From an uncultured Prolixibacteraceae bacterium (GTDB lineage: Bacteria; Bacteroidota; Bacteroidia; Bacteroidales; Prolixibacteraceae): a stretch of DNA of 64,000 nt. The notes below the pieces were generated by a model that did not search any database, had not been told where the DNA came from, and saw only the letters and a program-made list of their open reading frames with translations. Both the position numbers and the translations under genes were made by a program. The stretch is taken from the NCBI GenBank assembly GCA_964567485.1, contig CAZMMX010000003.1:68781-132780 (forward strand), written 5' to 3'. The stretch's first letter is position 1. Every line of letters begins with the position of its first letter. Below are positions 30,708 through 39,402 of the stretch, piece by piece.

Positions 30708-30737
30708 GATGCCGTCATTCCCGGGAATGGCGGCATC
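30708..30737. terminator. strong hairpin between convergent ahcY and the Rieske-like gene
   Basis: GATGCCGTCATTCC-CG-GGAATGGCGGCATC forms a 14-bp stem with one G-U pair. It overlaps the stop codon of the minus-strand gene. There is no U-tract on either side, so the terminator role is positional inference. Confidence 0.4.
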
Positions 30738-31149
30738 AGTTATATATCCTGAGAATATTGCCGGCTGACGATACATGATAGGGCTGCAGGCCCTGCGTGG
30801 CAGGCCCTTTCAGGGGTTGGCCCCCTCCCATCAGCATATACTGTGACCCGCAACGCGAACAGGTAGCCAGGGGACCATCAACAACAACAGGAAGCTGTGG
30901 ATCCTTCTCATGCGTGCAGGCCGCATCAAATGCATACCAGGAACCCGGATACTCACAATATACGATCACCCCTGCATATCCGGCACCCCTGAAATATACA
31001 GAGTTCCCGGTCACCATCAGCTCATTGGTGATGTTAAGATCAATCGTCATATAGACCGGAACATAGGGAATCACCTGGTACTGCTCTTTGTCACAGGCCA
31101 CCATCATGAGCATCGCCGACACCATCCCGATGAAAAACTTTCTGGTCAT
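30736..31149 (-). CDS. small Rieske-fold lipoprotein (CxH ... CxxC variant)
   Basis: 137 aa with signal plus lipobox MTRKFFIGMVSAMLMMVAC. It has CTH (78-80), then 16 residues, then CSRCGSQY (97-104) and GPA. This follows the Rieske CxH-x16-CxxHGSxY/F-...GPA layout, but with Cys in place of the second His. Confidence 0.7.
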   Translation of the reverse strand: MTRKFFIGMVSAMLMMVACDKEQYQVIPYVPVYMTIDLNITNELMVTGNSVYFRGAGYAGVIVYCEYPGSWYAFDAACTHEKDPQLPVVVDGPLATCSRCGSQYMLMGGGQPLKGPATQGLQPYHVSSAGNILRIYN

Positions 31150-31244
31150 TTTCCCTGTTCCCTGATTTTTATTAACTTTACCCTTGATAAACAGCGAAGG
31201 TAGTTGTTTTATTTTTCAAGCCACCAGAAATTTAAAATCAGGTT

Positions 31245-31769
31245 ATGGAAGACATCGTTGTCATCATACTCACCCTGGCCTTTACGATCCTGGCTGCCGT
31301 CAACCAGAACAAAAAGAAAAAGGCGGCCGCAGAGAACAAGGCTCCGGTGCCCGACTTCTGGAAAGTTCTCTTTCCCGGGGGAGCAGATGAGGGAATGCCG
31401 CCACAGCCTTATGTCGTGTCGGAGGAACCTTCTGGCAGGGAAGCAGGAGCCCATCGCGAAGGGGAACCTTTCGAAGAGGGTGCCCGGGTCAGCAGGAGGA
31501 TAACACCACAACCGGCCTCTCCGGTCACAGTTGCCCCGGAAAGCAGGTTTCCGAACGCCGGGTTTCCTTCCCGGGCCACCACTCCCGGGAATCGCCGTGG
31601 AGTGCACACCCCGGCCTTCAACATGGAAGGCTCCGAAAAAAAAACCACCCCCGGAGGGCAACAGCTCCCCCCTCCTCAGGAGAATGATGAATCCCCTTCC
31701 GTAATGGACGATTTCTCCCTTCGGAAGGCCGTTATCTATCACGAAATACTTGACCCTAAATATTTTTAG
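31245..31769 (+). CDS. hypothetical single-pass membrane protein with a Pro-rich disordered region
   Basis: 174 aa: an N-terminal TM segment IVVIILTLAFTILAAV followed by KKKK, a long Pro/Gly/Glu-rich segment, and a C-terminal FSLRKAVIYHEILDPKYF string like the tails of small Bacteroidota proteins I recall. I chose it over the antisense ORF 31209..31742, which is Arg/Gly-rich. Confidence 0.55.
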   Translation: MEDIVVIILTLAFTILAAVNQNKKKKAAAENKAPVPDFWKVLFPGGADEGMPPQPYVVSEEPSGREAGAHREGEPFEEGARVSRRITPQPASPVTVAPESRFPNAGFPSRATTPGNRRGVHTPAFNMEGSEKKTTPGGQQLPPPQENDESPSVMDDFSLRKAVIYHEILDPKYF

Positions 31770-31829
31770 GAGACAGGAAGGTCAATTGATTATTTTTAAG
31801 GCTTTCGTTTTAAAATTAAGGAAAAATAC

Positions 31830-31837
31830 TATTTTTG
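31830..31837 (+). promoter_or_regulatory. -7 promoter box TATTTTTG upstream of the greA leader hairpin
   Basis: Exact TAnnTTTG match. It ends 9 nt before the hairpin at 31847 and 74 nt before the greA ATG. Confidence 0.35.
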
Positions 31838-31846
31838 CACAAGGAA

Positions 31847-31882
31847 GAGTCCTGAGATCTCAGGATTCTTTCTCTTTTTTTT
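31847..31882 (+). terminator. canonical intrinsic terminator (hairpin plus T-tract)
   Basis: GAGTCCTGA-GATC-TCAGGATTC forms a 9-bp stem including one G-U pair, followed by TTTCTCTTTTTTTT. It lies 78 nt after the stop of the 31245..31769 gene and 30 nt before the greA ATG. Confidence 0.7.
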
Positions 31883-31911
31883 AATAGCTATCAAATTTAG
31901 GAGGAATAATA

Positions 31912-32385
31912 ATGACACGAAGTGTCTATCTCACCCATGAGGGATTAAAAAAGTTACGTGAGGAACTGGAATTTCTCATGAATGTGGAGAGGCCCAAGAT
32001 ATCGAAGCAGATCGGGGAAGCCATTGAGAAGGGAGACATCACGGAGAATGCCGAATATGATGCGGCCAAGGATGCTCAGGGATACCTGGAAGCCAAGATT
32101 GCCGGATTACAGTCGAAAATTGCACATGCCAGGATTATCGACGAGTCGAAAATTGACACGAGCCAGGTGCAGATATTAAACAAGGTGACCATTAAGAACC
32201 GCAAGAACAATGCGGTGATGCAGTACACCATTGTTCCCGAGAGTGAAGCCAACCTGAAGGAAGGGAAACTCTCAGTATCTACTCCCATCGCCCAGGGACT
32301 GATGGGGAAAAAAGTGGGGGACACCGTGGACATCACGGTCCCTGCGGGGATTATTCCCTTTGAGATCATAGAAATTTCAATGTAG
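31912..32385 (+). CDS. greA: transcription elongation factor GreA
   Basis: 157-aa ORF with LT.EGL.KL..EL..L, ENAEYDAAKDAQ and a C-terminal SVSTPIAQGLMGKKVGD string. Confidence 0.93.
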   Translation: MTRSVYLTHEGLKKLREELEFLMNVERPKISKQIGEAIEKGDITENAEYDAAKDAQGYLEAKIAGLQSKIAHARIIDESKIDTSQVQILNKVTIKNRKNNAVMQYTIVPESEANLKEGKLSVSTPIAQGLMGKKVGDTVDITVPAGIIPFEIIEISM

Positions 32386-32399
32386 AAAAACGTCAGACC

Positions 32400-32801
32400 A
32401 TGCCGTCAGTATTCACGAAGATCATCAACAGTGAGATCCCTGCCTACAAAGTGGCTGAGACCGATGGCTATATCGCCTTCCTTGACATATCGCCGGTAGC
32501 TCCCGGCCATACCCTGGTGGTTCCCAAAAAAGAGGTCGATTATCTTTTCGACCTCGATGACGAGACCTACCTGGGTTTGCAGGCCTTTGCGAAGAAGGTG
32601 GCCCTGGGAATCAAAAAGGCCATACCCTGCCGTAAGGTGGGGGTGGCGGTGCTGGGACTGGAGGTGCCTCATGCTCATATCCACCTGGTTCCCATGCAGA
32701 ATGAATCGGACCTGCTTAACTTCGGCAGGAAACTCAGGCTCTCCCCTGAGGAATTCGTGGAAATCAGGGAAAAAATTGCCGGAGCCATATCCCTCAGATA
32801 A
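32400..32801 (+). CDS. HIT (histidine triad) family protein
   Basis: 133-aa ORF with FTKIINSEIPAYKV, PVAPGHTLVVPK and the histidine triad HAHIHLVP. Confidence 0.9.
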   Translation: MPSVFTKIINSEIPAYKVAETDGYIAFLDISPVAPGHTLVVPKKEVDYLFDLDDETYLGLQAFAKKVALGIKKAIPCRKVGVAVLGLEVPHAHIHLVPMQNESDLLNFGRKLRLSPEEFVEIREKIAGAISLR

Positions 32802-32958
32802 TGGGGACGATCCCCTTTCCGGGGAAACTTATTAACAAGACCTGTCCTCCTCGGCCTAATTCAGTAATTTTACCTCCGGAAGGAGACCCCCACAGGGGCC
32901 CCGGGTTGTTGTCCTTCTCTCTTCCGGAAGCGTTGTTCATCAGATTACTGTCCAAGCC

Positions 32959-35900
32959 ATGATACCATTTACACACCTCCACGTCCACTCCCAGTATTCC
33001 ATTCTCGACGGGGCTGCCAGCATAGATAGCCTGGTCAACAAGGCCAAAGCCGACAACATGACGGCCCTGGCGCTGACCGATCACGGAATGATGTTTGGTA
33101 TCAAGGAGTTTCACCAGGCCTGCCTCAAGGCAGGCATCAAGCCCATTTTGGGGTGCGAGACCTATGTGGCCCAGCGCTCTATGGAAGATCGCACGGGCAA
33201 GGAAGACCGCTCGGGCGACCACCTGGTATTGCTGGCCAAAAATAAAACCGGCTACCACAACCTCATCAAGCTGGTATCCCTGGCCAATATGGAAGGCTTT
33301 TACTACAAGCCGCGTATCGACAAAGCTACTTTAGAACGCTATTCCGAAGGGCTGATTGCCTCAACGGCCTGTTTGGGCGGCGAAATCCCCTCCCTTCTGG
33401 GCGATGGAAGAATCAACGATGCCGAAGAGTCGATCGCCTGGTTCCGCAGGGTCTTCGGCGACGATTTTTACCTCGAGATTCAGCGCCATCCCTCCGAAAT
33501 CCCTGAACTGAGGAGAGAAGTCTACGACCGTCAGGTGGTGGTGAACGAACAGATCCTCGCCATGGGCCTCAAACATGGCATCAAAGTGATCGCCACCAAC
33601 GACGTCCACTTCACCGATGCCCAGGATGCCGACGCCCATGACCTCCTGATTTGCCTCAACACCGGCAAGGACCTCGACGATCCTAACAGGATGAAGTATA
33701 CCAAACAGGAGTGGTTTAAGACCACCCAGGAGATGAACCTCCTCTTTGCCGACGTCCCCGAAGTCCTCGCCAATACCATGGAAGTCGCCGCCAAGGTGGA
33801 GCAGTATAAGATCGACGAAGCTCCCATTATGCCGGTGTTTCCGATTCCCGAAGAGTTCGGCACCGTCGAGGAGTTCCGCAGGAACCTGACCGAGGAAGGA
33901 CTGATTGATGAATTCACGCTGGAAGACTACACCCGCCTGGGAGGGTATGAAAAGGTGGTGAGAATAAAATTTGAATCGGAGTATCTCAGGCACCTGGTCT
34001 ACCAGGGGGCCCCCCGGCTGTATGGGGAACCGGTGCCGTCACAGGTCACCACCCGCCTTGACTTCGAACTCGGGGTCATCAAAAAGATGGGATACCCCGG
34101 CTATTTTCTCATCACCCAGGACTTTATCAATGCCGCCCGCAGGATGGGGGTGCTGGTAGGCCCCGGAAGGGGATCAGCAGCAGGGGCTGCCGTATCGTAC
34201 TGTACAGGAATCACCAATATCGATCCCATCCGCCATAATCTCCTCTTTGAGCGCTTTCTCAATCCCGAAAGGGTTTCCCTGCCCGACGTCGACATCGACT
34301 TCGACGACGACGGCCGCCAGCAGGTGCTCGACTGGGTGGTGGAAAAATATGGGAAAGACAAGGTGGCCCATATCTGCACCTTTGCCACCATGGCGACCAA
34401 AATGGCGATCCGCGACGTGGCACGGGTACTGAAACTCCCCCTCCCCGAAGCCGACCGGCTCGCTAAATTGGTTCCCGAAGCCCCGAAAATGAACTTCAAA
34501 AAGGCATTCCAGGAAAGCCCCGAGCTGAAAAAAGAACGAAACTCCCCCAATCCGCTGATTGCCAAAACCATACGGTTTGCCGAAATTCTCGAGGGGTCGG
34601 TCAGGCAGTCGGGGGTACATGCCTGCGGCATCCTGATCAGCCGTAATCCCCTGACCGACCATCTCCCCCTGATGCCCACCAAGGACGACAACCTGCCCAC
34701 CACCCAATACGATGGCCGGTTCGTGGAGAGCCTGGGATTACTGAAAATGGACTTCCTGGGCCTCAAAACCCTCTCCATCATCAAGGAGTCCATTGAGAAC
34801 ATCCGGAAATCTCATGGGACCACCCTCAATATCGATACCATTCCTATCGATGACCCGGTAACCTACGAGCTTTTCAGTAAGGGGGAGACCACGGCGATTT
34901 TCCAGTTTGAATCGGAAGGGATGAAAAAGCACCTCAGGGAGCTGAAGCCCAACCGTTTTGAGGACCTGGTGGCCATGAACGCCCTCTACCGCCCCGGTCC
35001 CATGGATTATATCCCCGAATTCATCGCCCGTAAAAACGGCAAGAAAAAGGTAGAGTATGATCTTCCCATGATGGAGAAATACCTGAGTGAAACCTATGGA
35101 ATCACGGTTTACCAGGAACAGGTGATGCTTCTTTCGCGCCTCCTGGCCAATTTCACCCGGGGAGAATCAGATACGCTGCGCAAAGCCATGGGAAAGAAGA
35201 TAGAAGCGCTAATGTTCAAGCTGAAAGAGAGGTTCGTCGGGGGATGCCTCTCCAATCCGCAGTTTCTGGAAGAGTGCCATCAGGTGAAAAAAGAACCCGG
35301 AGAGGTGATAGAAAAGATATGGCACGACTGGGAATCTTTTGCCTCCTATGCCTTCAACAAATCGCACTCGGTGTGTTATGCCTATGTCGCATACCAAACC
35401 GGGTACCTGAAGGCCCACTACCCTGCAGAATTCATGGCGGCGAACCTTAGCCGCAACCTCAGCCAGCTCTCCGAGATCACCAAATTCATGCAGGAGTGCA
35501 AAAGAATGAAAATGAACGTCCTGGGGCCTGATATCAATGAGAGCTTTGTGAAGTTCACCGTAAACCGGCATGGCAATATCCGCTTCGGGATGGCTGCCGT
35601 AAAGGGAGTCGGCGAAGGGGTAGTCAACGATATCGTCTCAGAACGGGAAAGAGGTGGTGAATTCAAGGATATCTTTGATTTTTCCGAAAGAGTCAACTTA
35701 CAGAGCGTCACGAAAAAAACCTTGGAAGCCCTGGCCATGGCCGGAGCCTTCGACAGTTTCGACTCCATCAGAAGGAGCCAGTTCTTTGCCGGAGAAAACG
35801 AGAACGACTCTGTCAATTTCATTGAGAGGCTGGTCAGGTATGGCAGCAAAATCCAGATGGAGTCCCAGTCGATGCAGCAGAGCCTCTTCGGGGACTCGCC

Positions 35901-36603
35901 CTCCCACCAGGTGGTCCGCCGTCCCGAAATCCCCGCCATTCCCGAATGGCCCCAGCTGGTCCTCCTCGACAAGGAAAAGGGAGTGATCGGTATCTACCTT
36001 ACCGCCCACCCCCTCGACGACTACAAACTGGAAATCGACCACTTCTGTACCCGTGGCATCGGCCTCAGGGAAATCAATGAACAAATTGAAAAATTTGTGG
36101 ATCAGGATCTCACATTTGGAGGGATGGTCACCGAAGCCTCCGAGAGTTTCTCCAAAAACGGGAAACCCTACAGCAAGCTGACTCTCTCCGATTATACCGA
36201 CTCCCGGCAGTTTTTCTTTTTCAACCAGGATTATGTCGAATTCGGCAAATATTGCAAGCCCGGGCTTTTTGTACTGGTCAGGGGAAAAATCCAGAAAAGG
36301 TATAAATCAGAAACCATGGAATTCAAAGTCACCTCCATGGAACTGCTGTCAGAAGTGCGTAAAAACCATATCAAAAGCCTGACCATCACCCTTCCCCTGG
36401 CGTCGATAAAAGAAGCCGTCATCCATGAAATGGAAAAACTACTCAGGAAAAACAAGGGTACCGCCCTGTTGAAATTCAACATATATGACGAGGAGAGTAA
36501 CCATTCGGTCCATCTTTTCTCGCGAAACAGCAGGATAGAGGTGAGCGATGAATTGGTGCGTTTTTTTGATGAGCATCCTGAAATGGCTTTTCGGATCAAT
36601 TGA
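32959..36603 (+). CDS. dnaE: DNA polymerase III subunit alpha
   Basis: 1,214-aa ORF with the PHP domain string FTHLHVHSQYSILDGA, GYFLITQDFI, GPGRGSAAGA, PDVDIDF and LLKMDFLGLKTL. Confidence 0.95.
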   Translation: MIPFTHLHVHSQYSILDGAASIDSLVNKAKADNMTALALTDHGMMFGIKEFHQACLKAGIKPILGCETYVAQRSMEDRTGKEDRSGDHLVLLAKNKTGYHNLIKLVSLANMEGFYYKPRIDKATLERYSEGLIASTACLGGEIPSLLGDGRINDAEESIAWFRRVFGDDFYLEIQRHPSEIPELRREVYDRQVVVNEQILAMGLKHGIKVIATNDVHFTDAQDADAHDLLICLNTGKDLDDPNRMKYTKQEWFKTTQEMNLLFADVPEVLANTMEVAAKVEQYKIDEAPIMPVFPIPEEFGTVEEFRRNLTEEGLIDEFTLEDYTRLGGYEKVVRIKFESEYLRHLVYQGAPRLYGEPVPSQVTTRLDFELGVIKKMGYPGYFLITQDFINAARRMGVLVGPGRGSAAGAAVSYCTGITNIDPIRHNLLFERFLNPERVSLPDVDIDFDDDGRQQVLDWVVEKYGKDKVAHICTFATMATKMAIRDVARVLKLPLPEADRLAKLVPEAPKMNFKKAFQESPELKKERNSPNPLIAKTIRFAEILEGSVRQSGVHACGILISRNPLTDHLPLMPTKDDNLPTTQYDGRFVESLGLLKMDFLGLKTLSIIKESIENIRKSHGTTLNIDTIPIDDPVTYELFSKGETTAIFQFESEGMKKHLRELKPNRFEDLVAMNALYRPGPMDYIPEFIARKNGKKKVEYDLPMMEKYLSETYGITVYQEQVMLLSRLLANFTRGESDTLRKAMGKKIEALMFKLKERFVGGCLSNPQFLEECHQVKKEPGEVIEKIWHDWESFASYAFNKSHSVCYAYVAYQTGYLKAHYPAEFMAANLSRNLSQLSEITKFMQECKRMKMNVLGPDINESFVKFTVNRHGNIRFGMAAVKGVGEGVVNDIVSERERGGEFKDIFDFSERVNLQSVTKKTLEALAMAGAFDSFDSIRRSQFFAGENENDSVNFIERLVRYGSKIQMESQSMQQSLFGDSPSHQVVRRPEIPAIPEWPQLVLLDKEKGVIGIYLTAHPLDDYKLEIDHFCTRGIGLREINEQIEKFVDQDLTFGGMVTEASESFSKNGKPYSKLTLSDYTDSRQFFFFNQDYVEFGKYCKPGLFVLVRGKIQKRYKSETMEFKVTSMELLSEVRKNHIKSLTITLPLASIKEAVIHEMEKLLRKNKGTALLKFNIYDEESNHSVHLFSRNSRIEVSDELVRFFDEHPEMAFRIN

Positions 36604-36604
36604 C

Positions 36605-36612
36605 TATTTTTG
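36605..36612 (+). promoter_or_regulatory. -7 promoter box TATTTTTG upstream of trxA
   Basis: Exact TAnnTTTG match 41 nt upstream of ATG 36653. Confidence 0.4.
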
Positions 36613-36652
36613 CAGTAATCACGAATTTCATAAACTTTAAATATCTGTCATT

Positions 36653-36970
36653 ATGGCTTTGGAAATTACCGATGGAAACTACAAGGAGATCGTATTGAAA
36701 TCAGAAGTGCCGGTCATGCTTGATTTTTGGGCGGCCTGGTGTGGTCCCTGCAGGATGATTGCCCCCTTTGTGGAGGAGATGCACGGTGAGTTTGAAGGAA
36801 AGGCCGTTATCGGGAAGGTCGATGTGGATACAAATCCCGAGGTCTCCACCAGCTTTGGGATCAGAAATATCCCCACGGTTCTCTTTTTCAAAAACGGGGA
36901 GATTGCCGACAAGCAGGTCGGCGCATGTCCCAAAGCCACTCTGGTCACCAAGCTTAACGCCCTTTTGTAA
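36653..36970 (+). CDS. trxA: thioredoxin
   Basis: 105-aa ORF with the active site WAAWCGPCR and GIRNIPTVLFFKNGE. Confidence 0.93.
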   Translation: MALEITDGNYKEIVLKSEVPVMLDFWAAWCGPCRMIAPFVEEMHGEFEGKAVIGKVDVDTNPEVSTSFGIRNIPTVLFFKNGEIADKQVGACPKATLVTKLNALL

Positions 36971-36984
36971 AGTAGGGCCCTCCA

Positions 36985-37914
36985 TTGAAAAATCTGATAG
37001 ACATCCGGCAGCTGCAGGAGTTTGACAACCTGGAGCTGATCGCCCGGGAAGTGGTGGAAGGATTCATCACCGGTCTTCACCGGAGTCCCTTCCACGGTTT
37101 TTCCGTGGAGTTTGCCGAACACCGGCTGTACAACCAGGGAGAGTCGACCAGGCCTATCGACTGGAAGCTCTATGCCCGAACCGACAAGCTGTTTGTCAAG
37201 CAGTACGAGGAGGAGACTAACCTGCGCTGCCAGCTGGTCATCGACACATCCTCGTCCATGTTGTTTCCTTATGGGAAGGGGGCCGACAGGTTAATGAGCA
37301 AACTGGCCTTTTCGGTATATACCTCGGCTGCGCTCATTCATCTGTTGCGCAGGCAGCGTGATGCCGTGGGGCTTACTCTCTTTTCGGAAGAGATCGACTT
37401 CCATTCGCAGCCACGTCTCTCTCCGGTGCACGCCGAAGTGATGATGGGAAAACTTGCGGAACTCCTCCAACCCGGGCAGGTCGCCCTGAACAGGGGCTCC
37501 CGCACTTCAGAAATTCTGCACCAGATAGCCGAGAATATCCACAAACGGTCGCTGGTGGTCATTTTCAGCGACATGCTGAGCACCGGTGAAGAAGGCGATA
37601 TTTTTGAGGCCCTCAGGCATCTGCGCTATAACAAACATGAGGTGCTCCTCTATCATGTCACCGACCATCGCCAGGAACAGGAATTCCGGTATTCCAACCG
37701 TCCTCACCGTTTCATCGACCTGGAGAACGGCGGGATTGTACGTCTTAACCCCTGGGAAGTCAGGGAAGAGTATGTTCATCAGGTCAGCCGCTATTTCGAA
37801 GAGCTGAAGAACAAGTGCGGCCAGTACAGGATTGACCTGGCCACCGCCGATATAAACGCCGGATTCAGGGATGTTTTGTTCTCTTACCTGGTAAAACGTA
37901 AAAAACTATGGTAA
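36985..37914 (+). CDS. DUF58 (vWA-like, MoxR-associated type) domain protein
   Basis: 309-aa ORF with a TTG start 14 nt after the trxA stop. Strings GLHRSPFHGFSVEFAEHRLYNQGES.R.IDWK and QYEEETN are typical of DUF58. Confidence 0.85.
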   Translation: MKNLIDIRQLQEFDNLELIAREVVEGFITGLHRSPFHGFSVEFAEHRLYNQGESTRPIDWKLYARTDKLFVKQYEEETNLRCQLVIDTSSSMLFPYGKGADRLMSKLAFSVYTSAALIHLLRRQRDAVGLTLFSEEIDFHSQPRLSPVHAEVMMGKLAELLQPGQVALNRGSRTSEILHQIAENIHKRSLVVIFSDMLSTGEEGDIFEALRHLRYNKHEVLLYHVTDHRQEQEFRYSNRPHRFIDLENGGIVRLNPWEVREEYVHQVSRYFEELKNKCGQYRIDLATADINAGFRDVLFSYLVKRKKLW

Positions 37915-37950
37915 TTTTATCCCTTCAACAAATCAATTACAGATAACCGA

Positions 37951-39402
37951 ATGAAGCGCATCCTGATACTTGCATGCCTGCTGGCGGGCCTTATTCTCAC
38001 AGCAGCCACACCTGAAGGTGTTTATTACAAGGAGAAATACCGCCCGCGTTTTCACTTCACGCCTGAGCGGAATTATATGGGATACCCCTCGGGGCTGCTG
38101 TTTTTCGACGGGAAATACCACCTCTTCTACCAGTACAATCCCAAAGGCCGGGAAGAGGGATACTCCCACTGGGGACATGCGGTGAGCCCTGACCTGATGA
38201 CCTGGGAACACCTGCCGGTAGCTGTTTTTCCCGACAATCTTTCGGAGGACAAGGAGTTATGCACAGCCCTTCCGGGAAGTGTAGTCGTTGACCACGACAA
38301 TTGCCTGGGGATGCAAAAGGGAAGTGTGAAGACGCTGGTGATCATGTACACCAGTCAGGGGTGCGGGCAGCGCCTGGCAGTGAGCACCGACGGGGGCACC
38401 AGCTGGCAGAAACACGCCGCCAATCCGGTACTTCCCTTCGATGAAAACGACCAGGCCCGGCATCCCAGGCTGTTCTTCCACACCCCCACGGGAAAATGGG
38501 TGATGCTCCTCTACCGGAGGCCCGACAACGACGAACGCAAACAGGGGTTTTCGATATACACTTCTGACAACCTGACGAATTGGGAATTTCAGAGTCATTT
38601 GGCAGGCTTTGCTGGCCGTCCCGACCTGCTCGAACTCAGGGTTAACAACCGTGCCGACGACACCCGCTGGGTCATCATTGACGGCAATGGCGATTACGTT
38701 ATCGGGGCCTTCGACGGTAAAAGCTTCACTCCCGAGAGCATTCGCATGAAATGTGACTACGGTAATAGCTTTGCAGGAGCCACAACCTTTAGCAATCTTT
38801 CCACCGGCGATGGCAGAGCTATCCAAATGGCCCTGATGAGAAATGACGAATGGCCGGGAATGCCCTTCCACGGGCAGCTCACCTTTCCCACGGAACTCTC
38901 CCTCAGGAAAGTGGCCTCAGGAATTTACCTCTTCCGGCAACCGGTCAGGGAACTGGAAAACCTCCAGGAGAAACCGGATACCTGGAAAAATGAAAAGCTG
39001 ATTCCCGGCATCGGCAAAAATCTGGTGAAGAAATTTGAGGGGGAATCGGTGAGAATCAAAGGACGCTTCGACCTCGGCAATTGCGAATCTTTTGGCTTTA
39101 TGCTGCGCACAGGCAAAAAAGTCCAGGGCACCGAAATGGTGTACAATGTCAAAAGAGGAATCCTCTCCCTGATGGGTCAGTCAGTGCCCCTGGAACCCGT
39201 CGATAACAAAATCACCCTCGACATCCTCATCGACCGGGCCTCAATAGAGGTGTTCGCCAATAACGGAAGAGCGGCCATTTCCTCCGTTGCCTTCAACGAA
39301 GAGAATGACCGCAGCTTTGTTCTTTTCAACACCGGAGGTGAAATTGTGGTCGAAGAACTGGAAATGATCCCCCTGAAATCGATCTGGGAAAAAGAAGATT
39401 AG
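37951..39402 (+). CDS. secreted glycoside hydrolase family 32-like protein with substituted catalytic residues
   Basis: Signal peptide MKRILILACLLAGLILTA, then GH32 strings YRPRFHFTPE, GKYHLFYQYNP, HWGHAVSPDLMTWEHLP and KWVMLLY, plus a C-terminal beta-sandwich. The motifs are NYMGYPSG, RHP and AGRPD in place of WMNDPNG, RDP and WECPD. Confidence 0.85.
   Translation: MKRILILACLLAGLILTAATPEGVYYKEKYRPRFHFTPERNYMGYPSGLLFFDGKYHLFYQYNPKGREEGYSHWGHAVSPDLMTWEHLPVAVFPDNLSEDKELCTALPGSVVVDHDNCLGMQKGSVKTLVIMYTSQGCGQRLAVSTDGGTSWQKHAANPVLPFDENDQARHPRLFFHTPTGKWVMLLYRRPDNDERKQGFSIYTSDNLTNWEFQSHLAGFAGRPDLLELRVNNRADDTRWVIIDGNGDYVIGAFDGKSFTPESIRMKCDYGNSFAGATTFSNLSTGDGRAIQMALMRNDEWPGMPFHGQLTFPTELSLRKVASGIYLFRQPVRELENLQEKPDTWKNEKLIPGIGKNLVKKFEGESVRIKGRFDLGNCESFGFMLRTGKKVQGTEMVYNVKRGILSLMGQSVPLEPVDNKITLDILIDRASIEVFANNGRAAISSVAFNEENDRSFVLFNTGGEIVVEELEMIPLKSIWEKED

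Noticed and set aside
31209-31742. 177-aa minus-strand ORF fully overlapping the 31245..31769 gene.
   Set aside because: Its sequence is Arg/Gly/Phe-rich with no TM segment or motif. The plus-strand product has a TM helix and a conserved-looking tail. This call is only moderately confident.
39399-39402. The stop codons of the convergent GH32-like and YceI genes overlap (TTAG).
   Set aside because: This is a simple consequence of tight packing. No hairpin or other signal is associated with it.
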